A stretch of 63,565 nt of DNA, filler included, from Octopus bimaculoides (GCF_001194135.2; 5 parts of 5 records of this genome joined end to end with filler, not necessarily neighbours in it), one strand, 5' to 3'. Positions 1 to 15,413 are shown, counted from the first letter of the whole stretch. A program made the numbers and translations. The notes: generated by a model not told the origin, from the letters alone.

Positions 1-449
1 ATATATAATTAATTTACAAAGTTACCTTTAATTCTATTATCCAATGTCACTAGTTTTCGAACAATAATAACAAGATCCACGATACAGGCTACTGCAGGCC
101 CCAAAATGGCATTTAAATAGCCGAGGGATTATAATTAATCAAACGACATACTACGTATAACTACCTGCATGAAATAACAGTCAAAATTCGTTATTAAATC
201 GCCAAAAATACAGTTGTGATTACTACAGAAATCGAAGGAAGGCAGATTTGGTTAAGACAATCTACTTACATACATTTAAATATATGGGTTTACGTGGACT
301 AGTTTCTGCATTGGCATAATATGCCTTAGCTTCTTCAGCACACATTACCAGGAAAGCGATTTCCAAACTATCCTTCCGACATTTTTGCCGCTACTGATTC
401 GTTTCAAATGTGTATGTGCGCGCGCGCGTGTCATTGTGTCACACGCTTT

Positions 450-1075
450 TCAAAACTCCGAGGAAGGTATTTACATAAGATATCGAAGAACAGGGAATGT
501 TTTTAATCTCACCACACTGAAATTTCACGCAAAGGTTTTTACGTCACTCATTAGGGAACACTTACACGCTGACGATTAGGATCTAGGCAGTCATTCTGAA
601 ACGGTCCTGCAATCTCTTGTAATGTTTCAAACTGCACGTGGTACTGTTTGCAACCCCGATAAATGTTTCGTTAAAGATAAGTCACTTCAGGTTGTTGACT
701 CGTTCATTTACCTCGGAAGCTCTGTACAAAATGATGGAAATCTGAACATAGAAATAAATCTGCGAATTCAAAGGGCAGCAAAAGTATGTTGTACTTTGGA
801 GTCACACATTTGACGCGAAGTACATATAAATAACAGCACAAAATTAGCTCTTTACAAATCGTTTGTTTTAACAAGCCTGTTATATTCTTGTGAAACATGC
901 ACGTGTTTTAAAAGATATCTGAATTTCTTAGAACGATTCCACCACACATACCTCTGCCGCATTTTAAACTATAAATGGGGCGTTTTTAATCCAGACACAG
1001 ATGTCTTTGCGCCTGCAGGCATCACTTAAATTGAATCACTGGTTCTGAAAAATCAAATGAGATAGTCAAAATTTC
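450..1075 (+). mobile_element. Decayed RTE-clade (BovB-like) LINE, reverse transcriptase fragment
   Basis: Translations GIYIRYRRTGNVFNLTTL...IREHLHADD and LQVVDSFIYLGS...DGNLNIEINLRIQRAAK match RTE RT motifs (GIYIRYR..G.LFNL...L(F)ADD; F.YLGS....G....EI..RI..A). Multiple stops and frameshifts. Confidence 0.8.
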
Positions 1076-1294
1076 AGGCGTTGTGCCTATAATAGAAAAG
1101 GTTATATTAAACTATCGTATGCCCAAATTTGGCCAAATGCGTTTGTTTTTCAATTTTCAATATTTTATTTTAATTGCAATAGCCAATTCTCTTGTCCAAA
1201 CTATCGTATCTCCAAGTTATCAAAACTTGTCAAAGTGTAGTACAACGGTGTTGCGTTGGAATGGTGAAACTTTTTTTTATATAAATACTAGGCT

Positions 1295-1392
1295 AACAAA
1301 GAATAAGTCCTGGAATCGATTTGTTCGACTAAAGGGGGTTCTCCAGCATGGCCGCAGTCAAATGACTGAAACAAGCAAAAGAATGAAAGAAT
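1295..1392 (+). mobile_element. SINE 3' tail module (..AAGAATAAGTCCTGG...CCAGCATGGCCGCAGTCAAATGACTGAAACAAG..)
   Basis: The same module recurs at 53150-53252 (+), 53395-53460 (+), 41585-41700 (-) and 63040-63110 (-). Confidence 0.75.
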
Positions 1393-1533
1393 ATATATAA
1401 TATTTCCAGCATAAAATCTGGGAATATACTCAGAAATGATTTCCTTCCCCGTTGTACATAATTTCTTCCTTCCTCTCTCCCAATCTTTCTTTAAATTCTC
1501 TCACCACCTCTTTCTCTCTCTCACGCACACACA

Positions 1534-1582
<49 letters not shown>

Positions 1583-4500
1583 ATATATATATATATTTGA
1601 TGTGTCCGAGATCAACTTTACACTTCATGATTTTGAGCGAGCTTATAAGGCTAATTTGGGGATGATCAACGTACGGCCCTCCTTTAGCTTTCCTCGTTAA
1701 ACAAGACTCTCGGCGCTGTATTCCAGAGTGCACACCACAATACAATGCACGCATGTATACACATATGTTTATATGTGTATGGGTGTGCGTGTGTGTTTGT
1801 GTGCGTGTATGTGTGTGTATGTGTGTGTATGTGTTTGTGTGCGTGTATGTGTGTGTGTGTGTGATAGATGGTTGCATATATTTGTATGTATCGATGTCGA
1901 AGTACATGATACATTATAAAAATGAGACTTGATGTTTTACAAAAATCAATTTCCATGTGTATTTATATGCGAACATGTTATGTGTATGTGTGAGCGGGTG
2001 CTTTTGTCTATAGTAGAGTAGTAACTCATACTCATTGGACAAACAAATGTTAAAAATTTATTTGCGTTTTGTTTTCGTTTTGTGTATTTGAACAATGATT
2101 TCTCAATCCGTTAATATATGTATGTTTAATTTCATAAATCGATTACTAATCTTACGTCTCCACTATATTAATTATTTCATTAACTCGCATCCTTCTCGCT
2201 TCATTGGTGTGTCGGTTGGAAATGCAAATGTAATCAATTTCAGCATGGTTACATGGCTGCAGGCTTATTGTTCTACTCCGTCAGTTATAGTTTAACGAGA
2301 AACGTAACTGTTTCTTTATGAGGTATGAGGTATATCTGATTTCGTAAAATGTGGAAAGGTTAAATTATCTTGGAGCAAACTTATCAAATGAGACAGCAGT
2401 ATTTATTACAATTCTTAATTATAGTAATATAATATGAAGTAAGATAATTCAAGAAAATATGAATGGAATGTTTGGAAATTGAACGTCACTTCCTCTTTAG
2501 TAAATAGAGGAAATAAACATTATATGATAATGAAAAGATCAAAGAAAATTTGGTGTGTTGGCATCAATGCAAATCAACTCGTAACGTTTCAAAGCATTTC
2601 ATTCATTGTAAATCTCTGAAACGATATAATAATTTTCAAAAACCGATCGAAATGGGCCATTTGGAATGGTAGCCTCTGTACACAAGTACAGTGAGGAATT
2701 CATGCTGTAATTTTCGATATCATTCAATTATAATATCAGTCCTTATAAATGGAAAATATAATTGTAAGAATATAGATAACCCCCTTTAGGTAATAGGGAC
2801 TTACGCCAGTATAATTTGGCCTAATCATATTTCAGAACAACTTGCCTTTGTAGCATTTTCCTATGAAAATGGAATATTTCAACTCACGGTATTATTGTAT
2901 ATGAAATATTTTCTCATTAACTGCAAAGGCACAAATTGAGTTATGATCGTTTGGTAGCCATTTTCAATGTTTATATGATACGTTTACCCGTTGAATTATA
3001 GTAATAATACACTATTTGAAATTCTGTTTTTGTTCACTCTCCGATATAGAAGCTTATCAGCGTTTATTTAGCCATGAAATATTGGCCAAAATCATATAAC
3101 TTAGCAATAGAATTTGGGGAAACTGGCAACGGAAATGCATGTGATAAATTTAGCAACGTGTACTTCTTAAATAATGTTACATCGATAAATTTCGAATGAC
3201 TATATTTCCTTGAATATGACTTGGTTTTAATAATTCAATAATTGGTTGTGTCGAATAATGCAATCTCAGACATTGTATTGTAATTTATAGCATGCGTTTT
3301 GTACCATTTCATTGTATTTTATTGTCTATAAAAGTAATTAAATTTCACAGATGGAAATAGAAATATCCTACCAATTCATTGAATAGAGCTTGGAGATAAT
3401 TTGGCCGAATTTTTACGACTAATTCGTTGTAATCCTATTGGAGCCGATATAATTTGCAACTTTCATAAAGGACACAAATATATGAGTACAACCACATTAC
3501 AAAAATATTTACATACATGTAAATAAATATACATATGCATATACACAAACACACACGCGCATTAAACAATATCTATATTGCGTGATCTAAAATCTTCATT
3601 TGGTGGATGTTTTGACAGTAATATCACTAACCAGAACAGTTAAGTCTCAATATTTTTCATAGATGACGTCATATAACACTTTCTTCCGACAGAATATATT
3701 CGATCATTATAATAAATTTTGCAGGTATATCATTTAATACATTTCCCAAAATCTAACTTGATTTCTCAATAAACGTAACAGCTTTCCAAAATATTTTAAG
3801 CGCATAGTAATGACACACATATTCAAGTCGCAATTGATTAGTAAAACTAAAAGCGAACATCAGAAAAATGTCACAAATTCTATCTGAGAAATCCAATATC
3901 GTATATATTAAATTGCATATTAATGCATTAAAATATATAACGTGCTTTTGCAATGAATATTTTCAGAAATGTGTTGAGATAAGCTCTCATATTCCTAGCA
4001 GATTTAAATAGGTGTCTTTCTCATATAAAATGTTAGCTTGGAATTTGGGACTTATACGCACATACACTTTTTATAACGTATTTATTCTGGTTTATATCTA
4101 AATTATATCAAAGAATAAGTGTATTATGTTTTAATACATTAATATTTTAATACTTCCAATTTACGGTCACGCGTAGTGCGTGTAAGTGTGTGTGTCTCTG
4201 TACGTATATATATATANNNNNNNNNNNNNNNNNNNNNNNNNNNNNNNNNNNNNNNNNNNNNNNNNNNNNNNNNNNNNNNNNNNNNNNNNNNNNNNNNNNN
4301 NNNNNNNNNNNNNNNNNNNNNNNNNNNNNNNNNNNNNNNNNNNNNNNNNNNNNNNNNNNNNNNNNNNNNNNNNNNNNNNNNNNNNNNNNNNNNNNNNNNN
4401 NNNNNNNNNNNNNNNNNNNNNNNNNNNNNNNNNNNNNNNNNNNNNNNNNNNNNNNNNNNNNNNNNNNNNNNNNNNNNNNNNNNNNNNNNNNNNNNNNNNN

Positions 4501-6899
4501 NNNNNNNNNNNNNNNNNNNNNNNNNNNNNNNNNNNNNNNNNNNNNNNNNNNNNNNNNNNNNNNNNNNNNNNNNNNNNNNNNNNNNNNNNNNNNNNNNNNN
4601 NNNNNNNNNNNNNNNNNNNNNNNNNNNNNNNNNNNNNNNNNNNNNNNNNNNNNNNNNNNNNNNNNNNNNNNNNNNNNNNNNNNNNNNNNNNNNNNNNNNN
4701 NNNNNNNNNNNNNNNNNNNNNNNNNNNNNNNNNNNNNNNNNNNNNNNNNNNNNNNNNNNNNNNNNNNNNNNNNNNNNNNNNNNNNNNNNNNNNNNNNNNN
4801 NNNNNNNNNNNNNNNNNNNNNNNNNNNNNNNNNNNNNNNNNNNNNNNNNNNNNNNNNNNNNNNNNNNNNNNNNNNNNNNNNNNNNNNNNNNNNNNNNNNN
4901 NNNNNNNNNNNNNNNNNNNNNNNNNNNNNNNNNNNNNNNNNNNNNNNNNNNNNNNNNNNNNNNNNNNNNNNNNNNNNNNNNNNNNNNNNNNNNNNNNNNN
5001 NNNNNNNNNNNNNNNNNNNNNNNNNNNNNNNNNNNNNNNNNNNNNNNNNNNNNNNNNNNNNNNNNNNNNNNNNNNNNNNNNNNNNNNNNNNNNNNNNNNN
5101 NNNTATATATATATATATATATATATATCAAACAATACAGTTCATTATTGTGCTTGTCAGTGTACGTTTATATATATGTTCATTTTTATCTATTAAGAGA
5201 TCAATTGGATTTAGGAATATAGTTTCTCCACAAATATGACAGCATATCTTGTTTGAAATTAACGAAAATTAAAACAAAGGTATGCAAATGAATATCACAG
5301 ATAATAATTTAGAGATTAGAAATTAATTCATCCAAACATGCAAGTATTTATATACGATGTGATATCTATTAATCTATGACGTGATAATAATCGAAGAACC
5401 AATTCATCGTCTATAAAGCTTTAGAACATTACATCTGAAAGGTAAACGGAATATATGCCACAACTGAATATTCCAAGTCCATTAGCCAGTCAACCACCAA
5501 TTTTAGAATGTAAAAGGGCAAGCAACAATTTCAAAATGAAGATTTATATAAGAGATTATCTGGTCATGAGGCGAAATGGAGCATTTATGGTTCACATGTA
5601 TGCCCTGAGAACTAGAAATTGATGTTTCTGTTCCTTAATAATTATTGAGAATTGTAACAATTTTTTTTTTTTTTAGTTTCGTAGTACAATATTTGACTCT
5701 AGCATTCCGGCGATTTCCTTCTACATATATTTTATAATGTTTAACTCTATAATACAACATAATTTCTTATCTATCTTATTTTTTTTTTAATAATTAAATT
5801 TTAATGGTAAATTTAAAGCTATTAATACGTCTGATTATCTATGAAGAGGTAACTTCCTTCTCATATGTGCTGCACTGAAAGGGCTTCTACAAACTATAAA
5901 CATGTTGTAGAGTGCTGAAAACAACATTATATAATATAACGTTTCATATTTAATTTCAACCGACACCAATGATTTGTGTGGAAGATTAACACAAATGATG
6001 GAATAAAGAGTATAAAAAAATATTAAACTACCACTGGAATCGAACATTCTTAGCTTAATATTGATAAAACTATACTTACTTCCACAATGTAACAGTGGGG
6101 GACAGAAAATGATTTCAAGTAAATACTGAAAAAATCTTAGTATACATATGTGCGTGAGTGTGTTTCAGTGCACGTGAGTGTGTTTGTGTGTGTGCGTGTT
6201 AGTGTGTGTAAGCATAAAATTATTCTATGTATGGATGCGTCTTTCTGTGCGGGTGTTTATATCCGTGTTTGTACCTAAGTGCCAAATTATAAGACAAACA
6301 CACTGATCTATTAATTAGTAAGACACAACAAAGCAAGAATAGTGATTTGCTTTCTTCTTGACTGATCGAACTTATGTTGAATTAGAATGTTTCTTAAAAT
6401 ATATAATGCTGCCAAAGAAAATAAAACCTCTTGAGAATATACATTAGCTAAGAGCATTCATTTGTGTAGGTACTCATTGAAACAAACCCGAAAAAAACAG
6501 ATAAACAGAAAATAAAAAAAACTCCAGCCAATGATGCGCTGTGCAAAACAAAAGAGAATTGATTTGAAAGCGTATCATAAGAAACGTTTCCAATAGTTAC
6601 ATGCCGTGATACATTACCATTCTTTAGATTTCTTTGTTTTGTTTTCCTCCTTATCTTTAACACTAGACAAAAAATACTAATGTCACTACGCAGTATACAC
6701 TAAGATTTTCAAAGTTTGTCCTTGCAACGAACATACGTTTACAGACAGCTTCATAATGGTAATTACTTACTAAGTTCTCCCTTAATGTCACATATACCTT
6801 TTTGCATAAGCAGATATCGGTATCGATTTAAGATTGCATTATACGCGTTGTTTGTGCGTATGTGTGTGTGTGTGTGGAACCATTTCGAATATATATATA

Positions 6900-6939
<40 letters not shown>

Positions 6940-8617
6940 TGTGTTGTATGTATGTATGTACATGTATGTGTATCTATATAAATGTATATACATATATATA
7001 TACATATATATACACACGCATATAAATATGTCTGTGTATATATAACACATTGGATATGTATAAACATGCTATTTATGTATAAACATGCTAATTATTTCTG
7101 TACATATAAGCAAGTATATATTTGTGTAGAGCGTCTACATGAAGGTATATATACGGGTGTTTGCGTGTGTGTCTGTGTAAGTGTATGTAAGTGTGTGTGT
7201 ATGTGTATGTGTGTGCATGTGTGAGTAGATTCATGATATCGGCAAGAATGTTTCCATTGAGAAACTGACGGTAGTTTGTCTCTGTAAAGCAGATATATTT
7301 ACGTATTACAAACAAACGAAAGCTATTCGTGTTCAAGTACACATAATTCACACACACACAAAGCACATACAAACACACGCGCAACACACACACACACACA
7401 CACCCACACACAAAAGACATATACACACAGGCAGAACCTACATACACGCTCACACCCACACACACACACACACTTAGAACTCACACAGAAGTATATACAC
7501 ACTCTACCCTGGACGGATGATCTGCAGCGATGCTTATACTAATTTGTGTGTGTGTTCATGTGTATGCGTGTATGCATACACAGACATATTTCTATATGAT
7601 TATACATATACTTTTACTCACTCAGACACACATATACACATGTAAATACTTGCATGCGTGAGTGTGTAAGTTTTTTTTTAATGTGAGTATGTGCTTGTGT
7701 GTCTGTGTATGTGTGTGTGAGTGCGGGTGCATAGAATGATAGAGCTAAAACCACACATAGATCTTAAGCGGGTGGTAATGAGAGAGGCACACATAAATTT
7801 ATACAGATTCATGTGTGCTTTCCATAATGGTTTTCGCATTTACTTATATTAAAGGTGGTTAGCGTGGTGTAAGTACATCACCTAGCTTAGGGAAAACAAT
7901 CGATAAAATGGGGGGGGGGTAACACAGTAGGATATATAATACAAGTGAAGTGAGTCTTGTGGGGAAAATAAATAAATACAAAAATATAATTGAGATCTCT
8001 GCAAATACAAGGAACATATCGAACAAGAAATAAAAGCGAATACTTGAAACAATTGCTGTACATATTTTGTATTGAGTATATTGTTTACACTGAGCATTGA
8101 TAATATATAAGTAAATATAGCAATAAATTTCGAGATAAATGACACTGAAGGCGAGACAAGTTTTATTTTACTGTGCGTGTCTCGATTTCTATACAAAGTA
8201 CAATAGAATACAATAATACAAACATAATATTGAAATATATATTATTGAACCATATTTACTACTTATGTATTGTTTTGTGTGATTTTTTTTTTTTTTTTAC
8301 AAAACTCAATATGACACAAGCATGAACACAATATATATATATATATATATATATTCCAAACATAGATACAGGCAGACAGTCACATACGCGCATAGCAGTA
8401 TACGTGAGTAAGTGAATGTGAGAATGTAAGTAATTTGGTGAATATATATGTGGCTTCTAACTTTCAGCAAATATATTTTAGCGCTTATATAGATATATAA
8501 GTTATTTTCTACATTACGCGTTCGATAATNNNNNNNNNNNNNNNNNNNNNNNNNNNNNNNNNNNNNNNNNNNNNNNNNNNNNNNNNNNNNNNNNNNNNNN
8601 NNNNNNNNNNNNNNNNN

Positions 8618-8651
<34 letters not shown>

Positions 8652-9574
8652 GTGTATGTATGTATGTATTTATATATGCATGTAGTATATACGTATTTGA
8701 TTGTATGTATATGAGTGTGTGCGTGTGTGTGTTTGTGTTTGTGTGTGTGGTGAATGTGGATGTTTATGTATATACGGAAATGTATTTGGTATATATACAG
8801 ATACAGCTACGTTCGTAAGTGGTTTTGTAATGGCTATAAAATATAAAGTAGGCTATTAATGTGACTATCTCCAAAGTAAGTGCCAGCTACAAAGACATTT
8901 ATTACCAATGCCAGTCAGAATCTTTTCACTTCTTATATGAATTAGAATTGAAATTATTACTAGTACTTCAAAAACCTGGGACTCTAAAGAAGGAAACTTT
9001 CCTACCAACATCTACACAATTTCAGATTATGGAGCAATTCTGCTAGAATATAAACATATTCAGAAACATATATTTTCCATACATGTGAACATGTACAAAT
9101 GTGTTGTACTTTCATACGTTTGTAGATCACCTTCCACAAGACATCCTGCATCTCTTTTTAACATACAAATGCATGTGGGTGCTTGTTATTTTGTGTGAGG
9201 ATGTACATGCACCTATTGAAATGTTTGCACTCATACAATTTTTTTTTCTCTTTCCTTGTGGTCCCCTTCCATCTTTTTTTTCTTTCAGAAGAAGATGCAA
9301 TGAAGTCCGAAACAGCAAAGGCGCTACGTTTTCAAATGAACTGTTAAATTAATAACTTACAGATCATAAAATAGATTTTCTTCGCAGGTAATTTCTAAAA
9401 GCGTTGCGTTACTTATTTACTTTGCTACATGGATGCCTGGCTAAGACGCACACTTTTCAATCAGATTGGGCCTGGTTCAGTTCCATTGCATGGAACCTTG
9501 GTGAAGGGATATTTTTTGTATACTTGAGACAATCAATACCGTTTGAACGAATTTTGTAAGCGGGAGTTGGAAAC

Positions 9575-9905
9575 TAGAACCTGTAGAATATATAAAGCTG
9601 GAATCGATTATCAAAAGGCTTTTGACAGTATTCCCCACATATGTATCCTGGAATCACAAGCTATGAACAAGTGAGCATCAGTAATAATAAAATATATGAA
9701 ATATGACATGCATAAATAAAAACTAAAGCCATCCCATTAGAAAAGGAATATTCACAAGATACTCGTTCTCTCCACTCTTTTACTGCCTGGCAGAGACGCC
9801 TTTAAATGACATGCTAAACAGGACTGATTGTGGATATGATTGGCACGGTAAAACAATCATCTCTTGCATGTCGTTGATCTAAATTGTATGCTGCAACATT
9901 ACTGC
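9575..9905 (+). mobile_element. Decayed R4/Dong-like (RLE-type non-LTR) reverse transcriptase fragment
   Basis: Frameshifted translation gives (W)IDYQKAFDSIPH, IPxRKGIF.GD..SPL..CLA..PL..MLNRTDCGY and ..DLKLYA, typical of R4/Dong RT. Confidence 0.7.
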
Positions 9906-11500
9906 ACAGAGACAATGTATTTACCAAAGAAATGAACATGCATGCCTGTGTCTGCGTGTGTGCGTTTGTGTGTGTGTTCATGCATGCGTTCGTGTGTGCA
10001 TACACATATTTAAATGTGTGTGCAAAGGCAGTACTCGATTCTGATCAGGCAATTTCAAAGCCAAACTTAAGGGTATGTGTATCAGTTTGGAAAACGAACA
10101 GTAACAAAATTTGTAAGGCTGATTTACGATCAAGCGCAAATTCATAGGAGGAAAAGGAGCAATACAGAAGGAATATAGCAGCAGAGGTTCAAATTCATAC
10201 AAGAAGAACCTATTTCGATTTTTCTTTCCTTCAAGCATCGTCTATTTCTACATTTTCTAATTTTATTCTGTTTAAGTTGATTTTTCATTTAATAATTATT
10301 CATATTAATACACGATTGATCATTGTGAGATTGACGGAGAAAATCCTGAATATATATGCACACACAAACATACCCACGCACACACACACATACACACAAA
10401 CTTACACCCGCAGACTCAGACACGTATATACATATCTTTAAATAAAATTAACTAAAAACACACTTCACCCTTGCTGTCTCTAGGGTGTCATGCATTTAAC
10501 ATGCTTTCGTTAATTGCTCTTCGTATTGCACGTCCTTCGCAAACAGACATAAGCACGATCTAGACACTCCCACGCATGACACATTTCAACGTTCCAGATG
10601 CGACAACGATTAAACGACAAAGACAAAAGAGAACTAAAGAGAGAAAAAGAGAAAGCAAAATAAAAGAGAAAGGAAAAGTGGAAAAGATAAGATGAAGCGA
10701 TCTATTCACACATTTTTCTCAACGCTTTGAACAGTAAACGTCACAATAGCCCCCAGCGGGATTTCATAACAAAATGAACAGAATCAAATATAGAAAAGTA
10801 TTTGATCTGGTCGTCTGATGGATTTGTCATTCGTTGACAATATTCACACACGTGCATACTGTATTCTGCAGAAGCCAATCTGTTATAGTGCAATGGTAGA
10901 TTGGATTGCTCCCTCGGGATTAACACTTTCGCTACTTTGAAGTTAATTGACCATATTTATTCATTACTAGAAGATCTCATTAACGAATATATATATANNN
11001 NNNNNNNNNNNNNNNNNNNNNNNNNNNNNNNNNNNNNNNNNNNNNNNNNNNNNNNNNNNNNNNNNNNNNNNNNNNNNNNNNNNNNNNNNNNNNNNNNNNN
11101 NNNNNNNNNNNNNNNNNNNNNNNNNNNNNNNNNNNNNNNNNNNNNNNNNNNNNNNNNNNNNNNNNNNNNNNNNNNNNNNNNNNNNNNNNNNNNNNNNNNN
11201 NNNNNNNNNNNNNNNNNNNNNNNNNNNNNNNNNNNNNNNNNNNNNNNNNNNNNNNNNNNNNNNNNNNNNNNNNNNNNNNNNNNNNNNNNNNNNNNNNNNN
11301 NNNNNNNNNNNNNNNNNNNNNNNNNNNNNNNNNNNNNNNNNNNNNNNNNNNNNNNNNNNNNNNNNNNNNNNNNNNNNNNNNNNNNNNNNNNNNNNNNNNN
11401 NNNNNNNNNNNNNNNNNNNNNNNNNNNNNNNNNNNNNNNNNNNNNNNNNNNNNNNNNNNNNNNNNNNNNNNNNNNNNNNNNNNNNNNNNNNNNNNNNNNN

Positions 11501-11552
<52 letters not shown>

Positions 11553-11729
11553 ATGTGAGCGCGTGCGTGAAAGTATGTGTGTATGTTTTTCTCGCACCAT
11601 AGCCTGACAATCAGTATTGGTGAGCTAACACCTAAAAGTACCTGGCTTAAAATAAAATTGAAATATCAGATTGTTGTCTCTCGACAAAATATTATTCATA
11701 ATGAGACTCCACTAGCCTGCTGACGGTCT

Positions 11730-11834
11730 GAAGAATTTATAAAAAACATTTTGACTTAGCTAAAGCAAACAGACTAAGCAAACAGACTAGTCGGTTTGCT
11801 TTAGCTAAGTCAAAATGGTCTTTATAAATTCTTC
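11730..11834. repeat. Near-perfect 47-bp inverted repeat (hairpin) with 11-nt loop
   Basis: Arm 11730-11776 is the reverse complement of arm 11788-11834 with 3 mismatches. The loop is a tandem re-copy of AGCAAACAGAC. Confidence 0.9.
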
Positions 11835-12040
11835 CTTCGCACTTGGATTGTTTAAATGTAGTTACAACAGTAATATGTCCTTCTACTGAAATGAAATTTC
11901 AAAACATTTTCTGTATTTTTGTGCAGCTGAAGATTCCTCTGCATTTTACAATTGATATAATGTTCGCATTGGTTAAATAAATGGAGTCGCATAAAATGAT
12001 CGTACTGCAGTAACCTTAAATATCCTTGCTGCATATTTTG

Positions 12041-12109
<69 letters not shown>

Positions 12110-13812
12110 GTGTGTGCGTGTGTGTGTGTATAATCAAAATATGCATACATACCGATAGATAGATAGATAGAAAGAAATATAGATAAATAGATGAATAGAT
12201 ATAATCATATATAATGATGAATTAATGAGAAAAGAACAATCATTCCGTAATACACGTAATACACACACACACACACACATACNNNNNNNNNNCACATATA
12301 TATATATATATATATATACGCTTGTATTTTCTAGATACATCTATGTGTGTATATAATTGAGTAGATTAACTTTCAGCATGATCGTAGGTTGCCGTATGCC
12401 TATGTGTGTGTGTGTCGGTGCTGCTTTATCATATGGCCATATGTTTAGTAATTCGTCGATATTATTAAAGGCATTGTTGAATATTCGCTTATAAGTTATC
12501 GTACATTAAAATTACACAAACATGATTGTACATCATTTCAACTGACTGCTGATATCTAGCTAATATGCATAATGTAAAATTGACCTGCAATTCATCACCA
12601 TGTCAGGTTTTAAATTTATCCAGCTTTAGTCTACATCGTTGGCAAAGTGAATCCGTTATTTGCTCGACAGATTACAGAAACGATTTCAATGGATGTTATG
12701 TTGTCTCGACCTTATATGCACGCTCTATTGATTGCAGCAGGTTAAGAGGCAGTGTACGTACAGCATCTCATATGTTCACAAATAAGCAGAGAACTAATGA
12801 TTAACACATGCAAATATGCACGGCTGGTATATTAGGGACAATTACAGATAGTGTCATGATTGTTTGAACGGAAGGAAATGATGGCAGTTAAACCGGTTTA
12901 ACTTGAAATCTCTGTCATTGTAGAATTTTACGGTGTGTTAATTACTAGGCAATTTAATCTTCTAAATATGCAGACAATTTAGAAACGTTATACTTAATTC
13001 TCTACAGTAGTATGTTGCATAACAAACTACTTTTCAATTTCAAGAATTCATATCATCATTGGTAAAGGATAAAAACTAGACAGCGTCTGTATTAAATTCA
13101 AATATCCAATAGTTTAAAATATATCTGTCTGTCAAAACATCTATTAGTTAATTAATTTTTGAAGATCAATATTATAAATACGCAGCCGCTCATTTCTACA
13201 CGGCTAATAATATCCTAAAAGATGTGTTGTAAACTACAGGTGTCTGATTTCAGCATATACGATGGTGTGTAGACATATTTCCCTTATTCCGATGAATAAT
13301 AGCATAATTTAAATACAGGTCAGAGATTAAGCTTGCCTTTTCTCAATAAGAGTTTCAATTCACGTGAATGATGCACTATTACATATATGTAAAAAGTGGT
13401 GGTGTTATTGAAATACCATTACATGTGGCAAGCGAGTTATCAGCCGTACAGGCGAATTAATAAAAGATATTCGTTCGAAATACATACACACACGTGTGCG
13501 CATACACGTACACACGCACACACACACACATCTGTATTTCGGGATAGCCATTTTTTTTTGGGGGGGAGTGCAAATAAAGACGCGCTATATATCATTCTTC
13601 ACTCATTTATTACTGTTCTTATTCTAACTCATGTCCATTGTCCGGTAACTTTTCGTCGGTCATGTGTGACCTCTTCAGTGACATTTTCCTTCTTCGTATG
13701 TGTGCCCTTGCTTCGTTTAGTCCATCCTCTTATATATATATATGCGTTTGTGTGTGTGTGTGTGTGCATATATGTATGTGTGTATATATATATATATNNN
13801 NNNNNNNATATA

Positions 13813-13861
<49 letters not shown>

Positions 13862-14290
13862 ATATATAATTATATATCTGTGTACACGCACACACGGATA
13901 AACACACATAGAGATATATGTACATGCATATATGTATTCTAAGATGCATTGCATATTGACATGATATGGCCTATTCATTGATATATATATCAAAAGTTGT
14001 ATGCAATGCTTTTGCACATTACATCATCACATCACGTATAACATCGAGTGAGGAAGATATTGTTCGTCTGTTTCAGTAACAGGAACTGATGTCATATTGC
14101 CAGATATCAGTCCTCGTCATGCAGAGATGTATTGAAAACCATTCCAGCCGTGAGCGTTGTGAAACTTATTTCACTCCATGTTTATTTTTATGCTTTGTTT
14201 ATTTCTGAGATTGCGTGTATAGATATTAATTTATCATCTATAATAAAATACACGTATTTTCAGCCACGGACACTGACACACGCACACACG

Positions 14291-14445
<155 letters not shown>

Positions 14446-15382
14446 ACATACTCGTGCACACTTCCGCGTGCCCCTGGTAATATATGAAAAGAATAGCACA
14501 TTCATCACAAGAGTTTTATTTATCGAACGTACTATAACTTCGGTTTCCATCATTAATCATAAACTAGCTTCCTTGTGAAATAAGCAATCATATTCACTAA
14601 AGAAATGTTTTATTCCAGATGGTTCTGAATTTTGCCGCGTACGTGAATTCGCCATTCAGGTATCTAGTACAATGTGCATGAGTAGAAACGATAACTTGAA
14701 TACCACCAGAGAATAATGGACACAAAATATGAAGGAAAATAAAAGCATGTTAGCTGTTGTTGTAAAGAACACCATTACAAGAAAATGCACGTTCTTTGTG
14801 TTATGCTCACAACAACCTCCTACATTTGTGCTTTGAAAAGGTGGGTATAAATTGGTATATATGCGCAAATATACATTTGTTTACGTATGCATAATGCAAA
14901 CATACACTTGCACACATTAAATGACATCCATGCTCGCAGTTTAGATTACTGCTACACATTGTTCTGTATATGTATGCATGAATACATATGCTTACACAGA
15001 TATATACGTACATACGTATATATGTATGTGTGTGTTTTTGTGTCTGTGTGTGCGTTTGTGTATTTTATATGTATGAATATGTATTCATGGATACGATAAT
15101 CTACTCGTACATTCGTACTTATGGACATTTCTACATATAATTCACTTCCCAAAACAAAAATGGTAAAAACTACCCGCTACTCTTTCAGTGTTAGTGTGAA
15201 ATAATTCCCTAAATGAAATCAGATCACCCCACCCCACTACGCACATATGAATACGCACATGGCTATGCATCTCTAAACCCACAAGTTTTATATATGTATA
15301 TACTTNNNNNNNNNNNNNNNNNNNNNNNNNNNNNNNNNNNNNNNNNNNNNNNNNNNNNNNNNNNNNNNNNNNNNNNNNNNNN

Positions 15383-15413
<31 letters not shown>

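Noticed and set aside
9289-9387. Strong acceptor and donor pair on +
   Set aside because: Stops in all three frames; at most a UTR or non-coding exon, which cannot be supported from sequence alone.
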